35,980 nt of DNA from a bacterium (GTDB lineage Bacteria; Patescibacteriota; JACMRA01). The notes under the pieces are model-generated. The model had not been told where the DNA came from, made no database searches, and saw only the letters and a list, made by a program, of their open reading frames with translations. Position numbers and translations under genes: made by a program. Shown here in pieces: positions 1 through 9,764 of the stretch (position 1 is the stretch's first letter; the number at the start of each line of letters is the position of its first letter). Location of the stretch: assembly GCA_043778575.1 (NCBI GenBank), contig JAYWFX010000021.1, positions 1-35,980 on the forward strand. Reading direction: 5' to 3'.

Positions 1-44
1 CAAGCCCAGCACAATTCCTAAAAAAAATCAAGGAAAATTTTGTA

Positions 45-1325
45 CTAGTTTTTGGCTAGTTTCTGTTTTGTGAGTACTTTGCTTCTCTCTACCCCGGGCT
101 GATCAAATGTATCAATGTGTAGCATCTCGCCGACAAATGCTGTGGCAAATTGGAAAAACATAAATAACTGACCTAGGCTAAACTCATCTATTGTATCAAT
201 CGTTATGGTGACATTTGGAACCAGCTCCTCAGTCAAACTTTGTTTTGTACCAAATAACTCTGCGGATAATAATTGGTTGAAACTTACTCCTGACAAATAC
301 TCAAACTGGGGGATTGCGACTGAACTAGACTCAGTGATGACAACCTCTTTTCCTTGATTCACAACCTCCAAAAAAATCATCAACTTATCTTTTTGACCCT
401 CAGCAAATAACTGAAGTTGCGAATGCTGATCTGTAGCCCCGACCGAGACGAGTGGAGTAATCCCAGTGTTGATAAGCTTTCCTGATGTATCAAATTTTTT
501 CCCGAGACTCTCGCTAATCAGCTGAACAGTCCACTCACTAAAGGATTTAAGCCTACTAGAATAGGGCATAATCACATTGATATTTTTACCTTTTTGGAGG
601 AGTTGAAATTGTATAGAGGCAAAAGTGAAAGCAAGTTTTATTTCATTTTCTACAATGTTTTTAGCTCCATCTAAGAGTTTTTGAATATCTAGTCCTACCA
701 GCGAAGCTACCACCAACCCCATCGCCGACAAAACGGAGTACCTACCACCTACATTTGATGGGAGTGGGAAACTCTTGATACCCTGAGTCTCGGCAATATT
801 TCTCATGACACCCGCATCTGGATCAGTGACAATCACTAAATGATCAGCTAAATTGAGACCTTTTGCTGTAATTAATGAACTAAAATACAAATACTGAGAT
901 GCGGTTTCTGGCGTAGATCCAGATTTAGTTTGCACCAAAAATAGCGTCTGAGAAAAATCTATGGAGTTGGCGATATTGTTTGTGATATATGGATCAATAT
1001 TATCTAAACAAATCACCTCGGGATAACCTTGTCTGTGGTTGGCGTCCAATACATCTAAAATACACTTTGGGCCAAGCATTGAACCACCAATACCTAACAC
1101 TACAATAGTCGAGTACTTCCCCCTAGCTTGCTGTGAGAACTCTACAATATTTTGTACTACTTGATTATCAAACGGTAAATCAGCCCAACCTTGACCTCTG
1201 GATGAAACAAGATCTAAATAATGATCAAAAGTGTGTTGGTGTTGGTTGATTTCACTATCCGAAAGGCTGTTTTGTGGACTGTTAGCAGAAATAATCTGTA
1301 GGTTGTCGGTATTAATTGAAAACAT
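45..1325 (-). CDS. pgi: Glucose-6-phosphate isomerase
   Basis: Motifs GIGGSMLG, TKSGSTPET, VGGRYSVLS, ESLGK, GATDQHS, FDQPGVE-x-SK; 426 aa. Confidence 0.96.
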   Translation of the reverse strand: MFSINTDNLQIISANSPQNSLSDSEINQHQHTFDHYLDLVSSRGQGWADLPFDNQVVQNIVEFSQQARGKYSTIVVLGIGGSMLGPKCILDVLDANHRQGYPEVICLDNIDPYITNNIANSIDFSQTLFLVQTKSGSTPETASQYLYFSSLITAKGLNLADHLVIVTDPDAGVMRNIAETQGIKSFPLPSNVGGRYSVLSAMGLVVASLVGLDIQKLLDGAKNIVENEIKLAFTFASIQFQLLQKGKNINVIMPYSSRLKSFSEWTVQLISESLGKKFDTSGKLINTGITPLVSVGATDQHSQLQLFAEGQKDKLMIFLEVVNQGKEVVITESSSVAIPQFEYLSGVSFNQLLSAELFGTKQSLTEELVPNVTITIDTIDEFSLGQLFMFFQFATAFVGEMLHIDTFDQPGVERSKVLTKQKLAKN

Positions 1326-1368
1326 AAATAGCCTGAATGTAAATGGGTTCGTTAATTTAATTTGATTT

Positions 1369-2244
1369 TTATACTAGTTGACTCATTTGCTGCATCATAT
1401 TTTGCATTCCCTCTGGTGTAGGATTAATAAAAATTGTCTTTGTATTTCCATTTTTGTCATTGGTGATTGTCCTCAACATGTCAATATATTGATTCATCAT
1501 AACGAGGTTCATCACTGACTCACTACTGACACCTGTCTCACCCTGTAGCTGCTTGATTGATTCAGCTAGACCATTGATAATTGCTTGTCTTTCTAGGGCT
1601 AAGCCTTGACCCTGTAGTAGGCGTGTTTGTTTTTGTCCTTCTGCAGTTTTTACTGCCCTGATATACTCTGCCTCTGCCTCATTGAGCGCTGCTTCTTGAA
1701 GTCGTTTGGAAGCGACAACCCTACTCATAGCATCGGTAATTTCACGTGGGAGATTTATATCACGAAATTGAAACGAATCAACAATATAACCAAATCCATT
1801 GAGTCTATCTCGGAGGTGGCTCGTCAAATATACAGTCATCTCATCTCGACTTCTGATTGTCTGCTCATGAGTTTGAGTTGCCACAAAGGCACGAATTGAG
1901 TTTTCAACCAAAGCCTTGATCGTGATTACTGGATTGTCTGTGGAGTAGGCTGCTTCGTAGATCTTGCTCGGACTAACCTGATAGACAAGTGTGGTATCGA
2001 TAGAAACATTTACTTTGTCTGAGGTAATAGCCAAAATCTGAAAATCCATTGTCAGTGTAGATAGATTTACTTTGCGAGCGGCGACTTCCACAAACGGAAT
2101 CACAAAATTTAAACCCGGGAAAATCACTCGACTAAACTTACCTAGGGTTTCTACAGTAAAAGCTGTTTGTTGCTTTACGATTTTGACCGAACTAGCCAAT
2201 ACGAATAATACAATGACAATACAAAAAATGAAAAAATATAGCAT
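1369..2244 (-). CDS. SPFH/band-7 (stomatin/prohibitin-like) membrane protein
   Basis: N-terminal TM helix, VETLGKF..PGLNFVIPF, TSDKVNV, DINLP..I..AM, C-terminal coiled region with EAEAE and QYIDML. Confidence 0.9.
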   Translation of the reverse strand: MLYFFIFCIVIVLFVLASSVKIVKQQTAFTVETLGKFSRVIFPGLNFVIPFVEVAARKVNLSTLTMDFQILAITSDKVNVSIDTTLVYQVSPSKIYEAAYSTDNPVITIKALVENSIRAFVATQTHEQTIRSRDEMTVYLTSHLRDRLNGFGYIVDSFQFRDINLPREITDAMSRVVASKRLQEAALNEAEAEYIRAVKTAEGQKQTRLLQGQGLALERQAIINGLAESIKQLQGETGVSSESVMNLVMMNQYIDMLRTITNDKNGNTKTIFINPTPEGMQNMMQQMSQLV

Positions 2245-2276
2245 ATTAGTTAATAAATAGTGATAAAAAAGGGTGA

Positions 2277-3632
2277 TTATTTGTTTGCTGAAACGTCTAC
2301 TGGAAACTTATCTCTAACGAATTTATCAATACTCCCAGCACCCATCAAGACTACCATATCGTTTTGATCAAGATGTTTTTGGATGCGTCGAACCAAGTTA
2401 TCACCTAACTCATCTACAGCTACAGTTGGTCTACGAGCCAGACTCGCCAAAAAATCAGGACTTAGTACCTCAAGCTGCGAATCCTCACGCGTTAGATAAG
2501 TCGGCAACCAGTACACTAAATCAGCATCTGCGAAACAATTTCGATAGCCTAGTTGAATATCGTTTTGATGTTGGCGAATATTTTGGTGTGGTTGATACAC
2601 GACAACCAGTTTTGATTGCGGATTGTCGGATTGTCGGATTCTCTCTCGAGCCATTTGAATAGTAGCTTTGACTTCGGTTGGATGATGAGCATAGTCGGTA
2701 TATAGATTATTTCGCAACTTTTCAAACCTCCTAGCAGTTCCGGGAAATAATGAAACAATATCAAACAGCTCAGCTATAGTAGATTTTTTCTTGGAAAGTA
2801 CATCCTGAAGAATAGACTTGCACAGGCAGATACATAAATAAGCATTTTCCCTGTTGTGTCGACCAGGCAAATTTACAGCCTCTATCTCTTCGACAAATGG
2901 TGGTAAACTACGACTCAGACGAAACTCACCATAACTTCCCTCGGTATTACGCAACCCAATCTTTAACAAATCCTCAGCATAGACCACATTGACAACTCCT
3001 TTAGGTATAAACTCAGCAAAACATTCATAATACTCTTCAGCAGAATTATAGCTGTCTGGATGATCAAAATCAACATTGGTGGTGATAGTGTAGTATGGCT
3101 TCAGCTCCAAAAACTTTTTGTTGTACTCGTCCGCTTCGTAAATAAAATACTCACTACCATCTGTATACTTGCCTGACTCGCCAAAACTCAGATTAGTGCC
3201 GACAATATAACTCACTGATATATTGAGCTGTTTAAAAATCCAGATGAGCATCCCTGTGGTCGTAGTTTTACCGTGCGTACCAGCAATCGCTATCATTTTT
3301 AGATTCTTTTTTAACAAGATGTGATTCAGGAATTCATTCTGTTTGGTTACTTTGATATTATTATGCTGACAAAACAATATTTCGGGATGAGAATCCATTA
3401 TCGCAGGCGAATGAATATACCAATCAATATCAAAAATATAATCAACCTCATCAGATTGCGGCAAAATATGCACACCGCGGTTTTGTAAGCTTTGGAAATT
3501 AAGGTTATCTGACTCTATAGACGAATCTGAACCTGTCACCTGAATCCCGCAATCCAAAGCAAAATGAGCCAGTGAGGATAAGCCAGCCCCCAAGATTCCC
3601 GAAATAAAAATATGCATATTGGACAATTCCAT
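2277..3632 (-). CDS. murC: UDP-N-acetylmuramate--L-alanine ligase
   Basis: GILGAGLSSLA Rossmann loop, IAGTHGKTTT P-loop, YEADE, DFDHPD, DYAHHPTE, YQPH, MGAGSI; alternative start at 3617. Confidence 0.9.
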   Translation of the reverse strand: MELSNMHIFISGILGAGLSSLAHFALDCGIQVTGSDSSIESDNLNFQSLQNRGVHILPQSDEVDYIFDIDWYIHSPAIMDSHPEILFCQHNNIKVTKQNEFLNHILLKKNLKMIAIAGTHGKTTTTGMLIWIFKQLNISVSYIVGTNLSFGESGKYTDGSEYFIYEADEYNKKFLELKPYYTITTNVDFDHPDSYNSAEEYYECFAEFIPKGVVNVVYAEDLLKIGLRNTEGSYGEFRLSRSLPPFVEEIEAVNLPGRHNRENAYLCICLCKSILQDVLSKKKSTIAELFDIVSLFPGTARRFEKLRNNLYTDYAHHPTEVKATIQMARERIRQSDNPQSKLVVVYQPHQNIRQHQNDIQLGYRNCFADADLVYWLPTYLTREDSQLEVLSPDFLASLARRPTVAVDELGDNLVRRIQKHLDQNDMVVLMGAGSIDKFVRDKFPVDVSANK

Positions 3633-3658
3633 GTCTCTTTAGTACAATTCTAGCATAA

Positions 3659-4210
3659 ATGTCAAACAATCAAAGTGTGCTCGTAGCATCTAAAAAAAAG
3701 TTTAGCAATATCATTCGTGTAATTTTTGATCCAAAGCTAGTAGTTCTGATGTTTTTTATTATTGTCACCGCAAGTGTGTTCATAAATCAAATTGTATGGC
3801 TCCAGTTAAAAAACCAAAATATCGAAACACAAAACTCTCAACAAATCAAAATTGACAGACAGAAAAAAGATAAAAACAAGATCCGCGATCTGTGGCAAAA
3901 ACAGGCTGAAATCAATGATAAAATGATAAAATCTGGAGACACTGTAAAAAACAAAACTGACATCCTCAACGATGAAATCAAAAAGAGTATTAGGTTTGTA
4001 TTTGATAAAGCAGAGGTACTCCCAACTGCCAACCAGAAAAATCTAATCAAAGCTCAAGAAGATCTCAACCAAGCCCAAAAAGACCTAGAGTCAGTCAACC
4101 AAGAGGCTATTCAGTTCAAACAAGACTCCAAAAATACTGTAGATGCCCTCTACCAAGAACTAGGCGAAGACCAATTCAACCGAGCAAACCCAGACGGAAT
4201 CAAACAGTAA
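3659..4210 (+). CDS. Hypothetical single-pass membrane protein with coiled-coil ectodomain
   Basis: 183-aa ORF, hydrophobic stretch LVVLMFFIIVTASVFI, Q/K/E-rich heptads (AQEDLNQAQKDLESVNQEA). Confidence 0.75.
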   Translation: MSNNQSVLVASKKKFSNIIRVIFDPKLVVLMFFIIVTASVFINQIVWLQLKNQNIETQNSQQIKIDRQKKDKNKIRDLWQKQAEINDKMIKSGDTVKNKTDILNDEIKKSIRFVFDKAEVLPTANQKNLIKAQEDLNQAQKDLESVNQEAIQFKQDSKNTVDALYQELGEDQFNRANPDGIKQ

Positions 4211-4229
4211 AACTCCACCTCAAATATGT

Positions 4230-4505
4230 TTAGACAACATGACGAGATGGATTACTGTGTTTGGTATAAAATTTTGATTCAGCATTTTTTCTCTCTGAAT
4301 ATGTGGACTGATCTATGCAAAAACTTAATATGACAGGAATACCCAGTGCACAAAAACAATATGCTAAATAAAAATTCTTAGCCCAGTCTGAGGCATCCTC
4401 ATCATCCAGTATTTCTCCTGAGATAAAACCTTGGTAATCAGAATAATACAGCTTAGCTAACCAAGAAAGTGATACATACTCTCTGGAAGTGTAAAATTCA
4501 TACAT
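4230..4505 (-). CDS. Small hypothetical protein (or gene remnant)
   Basis: 91-aa ATG ORF filling an otherwise empty gap, co-oriented with the upstream membrane protein gene; no recognisable motif. Confidence 0.35.
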   Translation of the reverse strand: MYEFYTSREYVSLSWLAKLYYSDYQGFISGEILDDEDASDWAKNFYLAYCFCALGIPVILSFCIDQSTYSERKNAESKFYTKHSNPSRHVV

Positions 4506-4551
4506 TTACTCAGTATCTATAATTTGCTCTAGTTGTAAAGTTGAACAAATT

Positions 4552-5109
4552 CTAAGTCAAGCTTTTATATTTTAACCCTGTAATTTGATTTAGTAAAAAA
4601 TTAAGTGTGCATTTCCAACTCAAGATATTTGCAAAAATCGCCATAACCACGAACAGCGAGAATATTAACAATGAATACGTATATTGATAAATTGAAATAA
4701 ACGAGATAATTAAAAATATGTTGAATAGACAAAATAAAGTGTTTTTTACCATCAATTTAGACCTAAGGTTTCTTGTGTTTTCGTATTTGAGATGTGCAAT
4801 TAAATCAAAAAATGTAGCTTTAAATAAAAAGATAGCTACAATATTTACTAAAAAATAACCCAAAAATGAATTTATTGGAGATAAGATAATCCATACTGTG
4901 ATATCGTTGTGTTGAGTAGAGTCTAAACGAAATATTTCTGCAAGTTTATCATATCCAATAGTGTTGTAAACGGTGTTTGATATATCGACAGCAGGAATAA
5001 CCATTGACAGCAGTAACATTAAGAATAAGCAAAAAGTAAATGCAAATAGAATGGTACAAAGATATGCCAGTAAGTGACGACAGGTGTTTTTAATGATTTG
5101 ATGGGTCAT
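4552..5109 (-). CDS. Hypothetical integral membrane protein (about 4 TM)
   Basis: Four long hydrophobic segments; ATG at 5109 (MTHQ) preferred over the non-ATG start at 5184. Confidence 0.7.
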   Translation of the reverse strand: MTHQIIKNTCRHLLAYLCTILFAFTFCLFLMLLLSMVIPAVDISNTVYNTIGYDKLAEIFRLDSTQHNDITVWIILSPINSFLGYFLVNIVAIFLFKATFFDLIAHLKYENTRNLRSKLMVKNTLFCLFNIFLIISFISIYQYTYSLLIFSLFVVMAIFANILSWKCTLNFLLNQITGLKYKSLT

Positions 5110-5220
5110 AAAGTTAGTTTTAAATAGATCGAGAATGGATTTTTTTATAATAGTCAAACAATGCCATGCAAATAAATTGATCACTAATAAACTGAGATCT
5201 AGTTATATTCTCCTCTCAAA

Positions 5221-5256
5221 TTGACATAACCTAAAAACTTCATTTTTATAGTTTCA
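5221..5256 (+). promoter_or_regulatory. Putative sigma70-type -35 box upstream of infC
   Basis: TTGACA at 5221, 36 nt before ATG 5257; no canonical -10 at 17-nt spacing, no SD. Confidence 0.45.
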
Positions 5257-5802
5257 ATGACAAATTATAGACGTAGAAGTAGCCGCCCTGTAGACACATC
5301 AAAGTTATTCAACGTGAATAGACAGATAACTGCACCTGAAATCCGAATTATCGATGAGGAGGGTGGTATGGTTGGAGTGTATTCAAACCGCGAAGCCATG
5401 ATACTAGCAGAGACCAAAGAACTCGATTTAATTGAAATTAACCCAAAGGGAAATCCGCCTGTAGCTAAAATGATGGAGTACAGTAGATTTAAATATCAAC
5501 TCGATAAATCAGATAAAGCCAAACCAAAACCTGCCACAGAATCCAAAGTTCTTCGTGTTTCAGTGCGTGTCGCTCCTCATGATTTAAACGTCCAATCCCG
5601 TAAGGCAGATGAATTTTTAAACAAAGATCTCAAGGTTAAACTCCAAGTTCAAATGAGGGGTCGTGAAAAGGCTCACCCTGAACTAGCAAGCGAAACAATG
5701 ATTCAATTCCTAGCGGCAATTACTGCTCCGCACACTCTTGAGAGTGAAGCTAAACTCATGGGAGATAGTTGTGTATGCACACTAAAACCAAAACCTGTTT
5801 AA
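5257..5802 (+). CDS. infC: Translation initiation factor IF-3
   Basis: NRQITAPEIRII, LDLIEINP...PPVAKMMEYSRFKY, HDL..., KVKLQVQMRGRE. Confidence 0.95.
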   Translation: MTNYRRRSSRPVDTSKLFNVNRQITAPEIRIIDEEGGMVGVYSNREAMILAETKELDLIEINPKGNPPVAKMMEYSRFKYQLDKSDKAKPKPATESKVLRVSVRVAPHDLNVQSRKADEFLNKDLKVKLQVQMRGREKAHPELASETMIQFLAAITAPHTLESEAKLMGDSCVCTLKPKPV

Positions 5803-5832
5803 TCCTAAAATTTTGTTAGATAGTTGATATGT

Positions 5833-6498
5833 ATGACCAGAAATCCTGTTCAAATATTTGTAGATTTGGCATTCCCGCAATTCAACATAGACTACAGTTC
5901 GCCGTTTTCATATCTCACCGACACCATAGATATAGACCACTCACCCAAACTAAAACTGCTTGATTCTGAACAAGAAAAATATCTCAAACAAATTATCATC
6001 TGCAGTAGTTTTGAAAACAGAATTATCCATGATCTCATACTCAGACTAAAATACGGTATGGAGTGGTCGATATGTGAATCATTGGTTCAGTTGTTGATTG
6101 CTGGATTGCACCCGATAATATCAGAACTTTCTCCAGTAAAAACTATCATCGCTTCTGTACCTCCAGATCCAAAACGATTACTCTATCGTGGGTTTCATGC
6201 TCCTGACATACTATCTCAAAAACTGGGGGAAGCAACACAATTCCAAGTACACAAACTTTTTCAAAAAAACTCTTCTACACCAGCTCAGTTTCATCTTAGT
6301 AGAAAAAAACGGCTGACTAACCTGAGTGGAAGTTTTTCGTTGTTCTCACCTTTACCAATCAACTTGTCTGGGTTCGATACCATACTATTAATCGATGATG
6401 TAACTACAACTGGTAGTACATTTACAGAACTTGCAAAAGTCCTAAAGTCTGATTTTCCTTTTTTATCAATTATCGGTGTTGCGGTAGCTGGAAATTAA
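5833..6498 (+). CDS. comF: ComF family phosphoribosyltransferase-like competence protein
   Basis: LKY, VPP...RGF, AQFHLSRKKRLTNL, PRPP loop LLIDDVTTTGST; ATG 5833 preferred. Confidence 0.85.
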   Translation: MTRNPVQIFVDLAFPQFNIDYSSPFSYLTDTIDIDHSPKLKLLDSEQEKYLKQIIICSSFENRIIHDLILRLKYGMEWSICESLVQLLIAGLHPIISELSPVKTIIASVPPDPKRLLYRGFHAPDILSQKLGEATQFQVHKLFQKNSSTPAQFHLSRKKRLTNLSGSFSLFSPLPINLSGFDTILLIDDVTTTGSTFTELAKVLKSDFPFLSIIGVAVAGN

Positions 6499-6579
6499 TC
6501 ACCAAACTACTAAACAGTTGACTAGTTGCAAATTTCATCACTACGTTTGAATAATAATCTTTTGTATTGATCTAACACT

Positions 6580-8022
6580 ATGTATCATCCAATAATCGGT
6601 ATCGAAACCCACATCCAGCTCAACACTATCACCAAACTCTTTTGTAGCTGTCTCAACGAATTCACACCCGACAATCCAAACAAAAATATTTGTCCATTTT
6701 GCACTGGTCAACCCGGCGCACTACCCATCCTAAACAAAGCAGCTGTAAAAAAATCCATACGATTTGGTACGGCAGTTTCAGCCACTATTCCAGATAAGAC
6801 ACGATGGGATCGTAAAAACTATTTTTATCCAGATTCTCCAGCTGGTTATCAAATTAGCCAATATGACAATCCGATTGTAGAGGGAGGAAAAATTCACTTT
6901 TATAGTGAGAACAAATCAAATGGGCAATTTGAAAAACATGTCGTAAACCTAACAAGAGCTCATCTTGAGGGAGACGCTGGTAAACTCATCCATGTTGGTA
7001 CAAAAAGTTTGGTAGATTACAATAGGTCTGGATGCCCTCTATTAGAAATAGTATCAGAACCAGAACTGACCACTGCTGAAATGGCTATGGGGTATGTATC
7101 AGAACTCCAATTAATCGCCAGGAGGATTGGTATTTCAGATGCGGACATGGACAAAGGTCAAATGAGATTTGATTGCAATATTAGCATGAGAAACGAAGGA
7201 GAAGTAGAATCAAATAAACTTCCTAGCTACAAAGTTGAGGTAAAAAATATTAACTCGGTGCGTGCTCTTGGTCGAGCTATAGAATCAGAAATCAAACGCC
7301 AAACGGAAATACTAAACTCAGGAGAAACACCAGTCCAAGAAACAAGAGGTTGGCGAGATGATTTGAACAAAAGTGATAGTCAAAGATCAAAAGAAGACGC
7401 TATGGATTATAGGTATTTCCCCGAGCCCGATCTTCAAATCCTTGAAATCCAGAGTACTGATAGGCTGACACTCAGAGATTTACCTGAATTACCCGATACA
7501 CAGAGACAACGCTATATCAATGCAGGGCTATCTATTCAAACAGCAAACACGTTCGTTAGTCAGGATAAAGTAGGGGATTTTTTTGATACCTTTAACTCTT
7601 CTAATAACTCAAAAACGTTGGCAAACATAATATCAATTCAGCTCATTGCCCTGAGTGAAAAACACGAAAAACCTATACAATCCCTAGTAAGCATCTCTAA
7701 TTTAGAAAGTCTAGTTACTGTGGTAGATGAAAAGAGAATTAACAATCAAGGACTACAAAAAGCTCTGGAGATATTGATTATTGAACCAACCAAAACTACC
7801 GATGAAGTGTTGAGGGAACATAATTTGATACAGGTGAGTGATACAAACATTCTTGAGCGAATAGTAGATTTAGTAATACAAAACAACAGTATCCAAGTCG
7901 ATCAGTATAAAGCTGGCAAGACCCAAGTAATTGGATTTTTGATTGGTCAGTGCATGAAAGAATCTAAAGGGTCTGGAAATCCACAGGTGTTTAGTGGGAT
8001 TTTAAGAGATAAGTTAGACTAA
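6580..8022 (+). CDS. gatB: Asp/Glu-tRNA amidotransferase subunit B
   Basis: IGIETHIQL, KLFC, CPFCTGQPGALP, RKNYFYPD, GYQISQ, HLEGDAGK, DYNRSG.PLLEIV, KVEVKNINS, DYRYFPEPD, C-terminal Yqey domain. Confidence 0.98.
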   Translation: MYHPIIGIETHIQLNTITKLFCSCLNEFTPDNPNKNICPFCTGQPGALPILNKAAVKKSIRFGTAVSATIPDKTRWDRKNYFYPDSPAGYQISQYDNPIVEGGKIHFYSENKSNGQFEKHVVNLTRAHLEGDAGKLIHVGTKSLVDYNRSGCPLLEIVSEPELTTAEMAMGYVSELQLIARRIGISDADMDKGQMRFDCNISMRNEGEVESNKLPSYKVEVKNINSVRALGRAIESEIKRQTEILNSGETPVQETRGWRDDLNKSDSQRSKEDAMDYRYFPEPDLQILEIQSTDRLTLRDLPELPDTQRQRYINAGLSIQTANTFVSQDKVGDFFDTFNSSNNSKTLANIISIQLIALSEKHEKPIQSLVSISNLESLVTVVDEKRINNQGLQKALEILIIEPTKTTDEVLREHNLIQVSDTNILERIVDLVIQNNSIQVDQYKAGKTQVIGFLIGQCMKESKGSGNPQVFSGILRDKLD

Positions 8023-8043
8023 ACAATTCACTGGGTATCAGTT

Positions 8044-8436
8044 TTACATGCTAAAACCATCAAAATTATAGGCATTGCTAATTATTTCTATTTCACTGTT
8101 GTTTATGACAGCTACATCAAACTGCATATTGTACTCTGCGTATTGCTTGTGTTTGAGTATAAAATATTGAAATGCCGAATATAGTGTTTTTAGTTTTGTT
8201 GCACTAATTTGCATTTGTGCTAGTCCAAATTTCTGATTGGATCGAGCCTTGACTTCAACAAAATGAAGTATGTGTTTTTTCTCGAAAATTAGATCGATCT
8301 CACCACGTCGACCTTGACTTCCTTTATGGTAATACTGAAAATTTTGATCTATTAAGCAAAAGTAGTTTTTCAGGTAGTGATTAAGCGCTAGGTCTTGACC
8401 TATCATACCGATTTCAAATGTAGATTGTATTGACAT
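8044..8436 (-). CDS. yraN: YraN/UPF0102 family PD-(D/E)xK-like protein
   Basis: G..GQDLA..YL, RRGEIDLI, FVEVKAR, QFDV. Confidence 0.88.
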   Translation of the reverse strand: MSIQSTFEIGMIGQDLALNHYLKNYFCLIDQNFQYYHKGSQGRRGEIDLIFEKKHILHFVEVKARSNQKFGLAQMQISATKLKTLYSAFQYFILKHKQYAEYNMQFDVAVINNSEIEIISNAYNFDGFSM

Positions 8437-8542
8437 AAAATAGGAGGAGAGAATTTGAGAAGAGAGGTATAAACAAAAAATTACCCTTTACTGGGCTTTT
8501 CCTGATTGTTTTTTGCTGCCATCAATTAATTTGATTTGTATG

Positions 8543-8618
8543 TGGCTCCGAAAATAGGACTCGAACCTATGACCCACTGGTTAACAGCCAGTTGCTCTAC
8601 CAACTGAGCTATTTCGGA
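8543..8618 (-). tRNA. tRNA-Asn (GTT)
   Basis: Reverse complement TCCGAAATAGCTCAGTTGGTAGAGCAACTGGCTGTTAACCAGTGGGTCATAGGTTCGAGTCCTATTTTCGGAGCCA folds to a cloverleaf with anticodon GTT and encoded CCA, 76 nt. Confidence 0.97.
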
Positions 8619-8650
8619 ATGCTGTTACTATTCAACAATTTTCAAGAAAA

Positions 8651-8670
8651 CGTCAAGTAAAAAATTGACA
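8651..8670. promoter_or_regulatory. Back-to-back -35 boxes for divergent tRNA-Asn and dps
   Basis: TTGACG on - strand from 8656 (38 nt before tRNA 5' end); TTGACA on + strand at 8665 (34 nt before dps ATG). Confidence 0.5.
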
Positions 8671-8698
8671 ATTATATATATAAAAATGCTTTTCAATT

Positions 8699-9169
8699 AT
8701 GTCTAATCTCCATATCTCCACACCCTACCCGTCGCAAGATATTTCAAAAATGCTCAATGTACTACTATCCTCCAGCATACATTTTTATTTTATCTACAAA
8801 AACTATCACTGGAATCTTATCTCAGCTGATTTTTATCAATACCACACTCTTTTTGACAAACACGCTAGTGAAATATTTGAAACTGTGGATAAAATTGCTG
8901 AAAGGGTTAGACAGATTGGTGAAATAGCGGAGGGTAGTCTGACGGAATATATAAGCCTGAGCATACTGGTTGGTGAGTTTGCACAAATTGGTGACTTGGA
9001 TCAAGTACTCAGTCATTTAGCTGACTCTCACGACAAAATTATCACTGAATTGGAAACTACGATTGAGTATTGCTCAGAAAACAAAGACTTTTCCACGGCC
9101 GATTTGCTTACTTCATTTTTAGAATCCCAACAACAAATGCGGTGGTTTATTATAGCAAGTAACAGCTAA
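8699..9169 (+). CDS. dps: Dps family DNA-protection ferritin-like protein
   Basis: NYHWNL...FYQYHTLFD...VDKIAERVRQIG ferroxidase signature, D..TADLL, RW near C-terminus; 156 aa. Confidence 0.93.
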   Translation: MSNLHISTPYPSQDISKMLNVLLSSSIHFYFIYKNYHWNLISADFYQYHTLFDKHASEIFETVDKIAERVRQIGEIAEGSLTEYISLSILVGEFAQIGDLDQVLSHLADSHDKIITELETTIEYCSENKDFSTADLLTSFLESQQQMRWFIIASNS

Positions 9170-9178
9170 TGATAGTTC

Positions 9179-9739
9179 ATGATGATGTGTGATACGATAA
9201 CTTTTTTAGGACCAAGATGTAGCTATCACCATATCGCAGCTCAGAAGTTTGTTGGAAAGATGGTTTTTAATAACGTACCAGAGTTGGTGTCGGTGTCTTC
9301 GTTTGAGGATGTTTTCAGATCTGTACATAGTACCAATATAGGTATTATAGCCACAAACAATACCACAACAGGCAATGTATCTAATCACCTCTCAAGAGTT
9401 CAAAATAATTACAACCTCATATCCTATTTGCAGCTAAAAATACACCACACACTTCTCATTCATCCAGATACGGCTTTAGAAAAGATAACAAAGATTATTA
9501 TTCATCCACAAGTTGAACTACAGTGTAACATGTTTTTGGATACACAGCCATGGCTAAGGCAGCAAACATCATCCACTAGCCAAGGTGCAGAAATAATCAC
9601 CACAAATAATCTATTAGATACCGCAACTATTGGAAATCTGCAGATAGCTGAGCACTACACACTCAAGCACATCGATATTTCCGTCATGAATTCGATTCAC
9701 AATACTACGTGGTTTGCTGTTTTTTCAAAAAAACTATAA
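9179..9739 (+). CDS. pheA: Prephenate dehydratase, catalytic domain only (no ACT), divergent
   Basis: FLGP..SYHHIAA, SFEDVF, NNTTTGNV, IHHTL, HPQ...QC..FL, STSQGA, N.TWF in place of N.TRF; context with chorismate mutase. Confidence 0.75.
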   Translation: MMMCDTITFLGPRCSYHHIAAQKFVGKMVFNNVPELVSVSSFEDVFRSVHSTNIGIIATNNTTTGNVSNHLSRVQNNYNLISYLQLKIHHTLLIHPDTALEKITKIIIHPQVELQCNMFLDTQPWLRQQTSSTSQGAEIITTNNLLDTATIGNLQIAEHYTLKHIDISVMNSIHNTTWFAVFSKKL

Positions 9740-9764
9740 TTAATAACCAAAATACGATCAAAAT

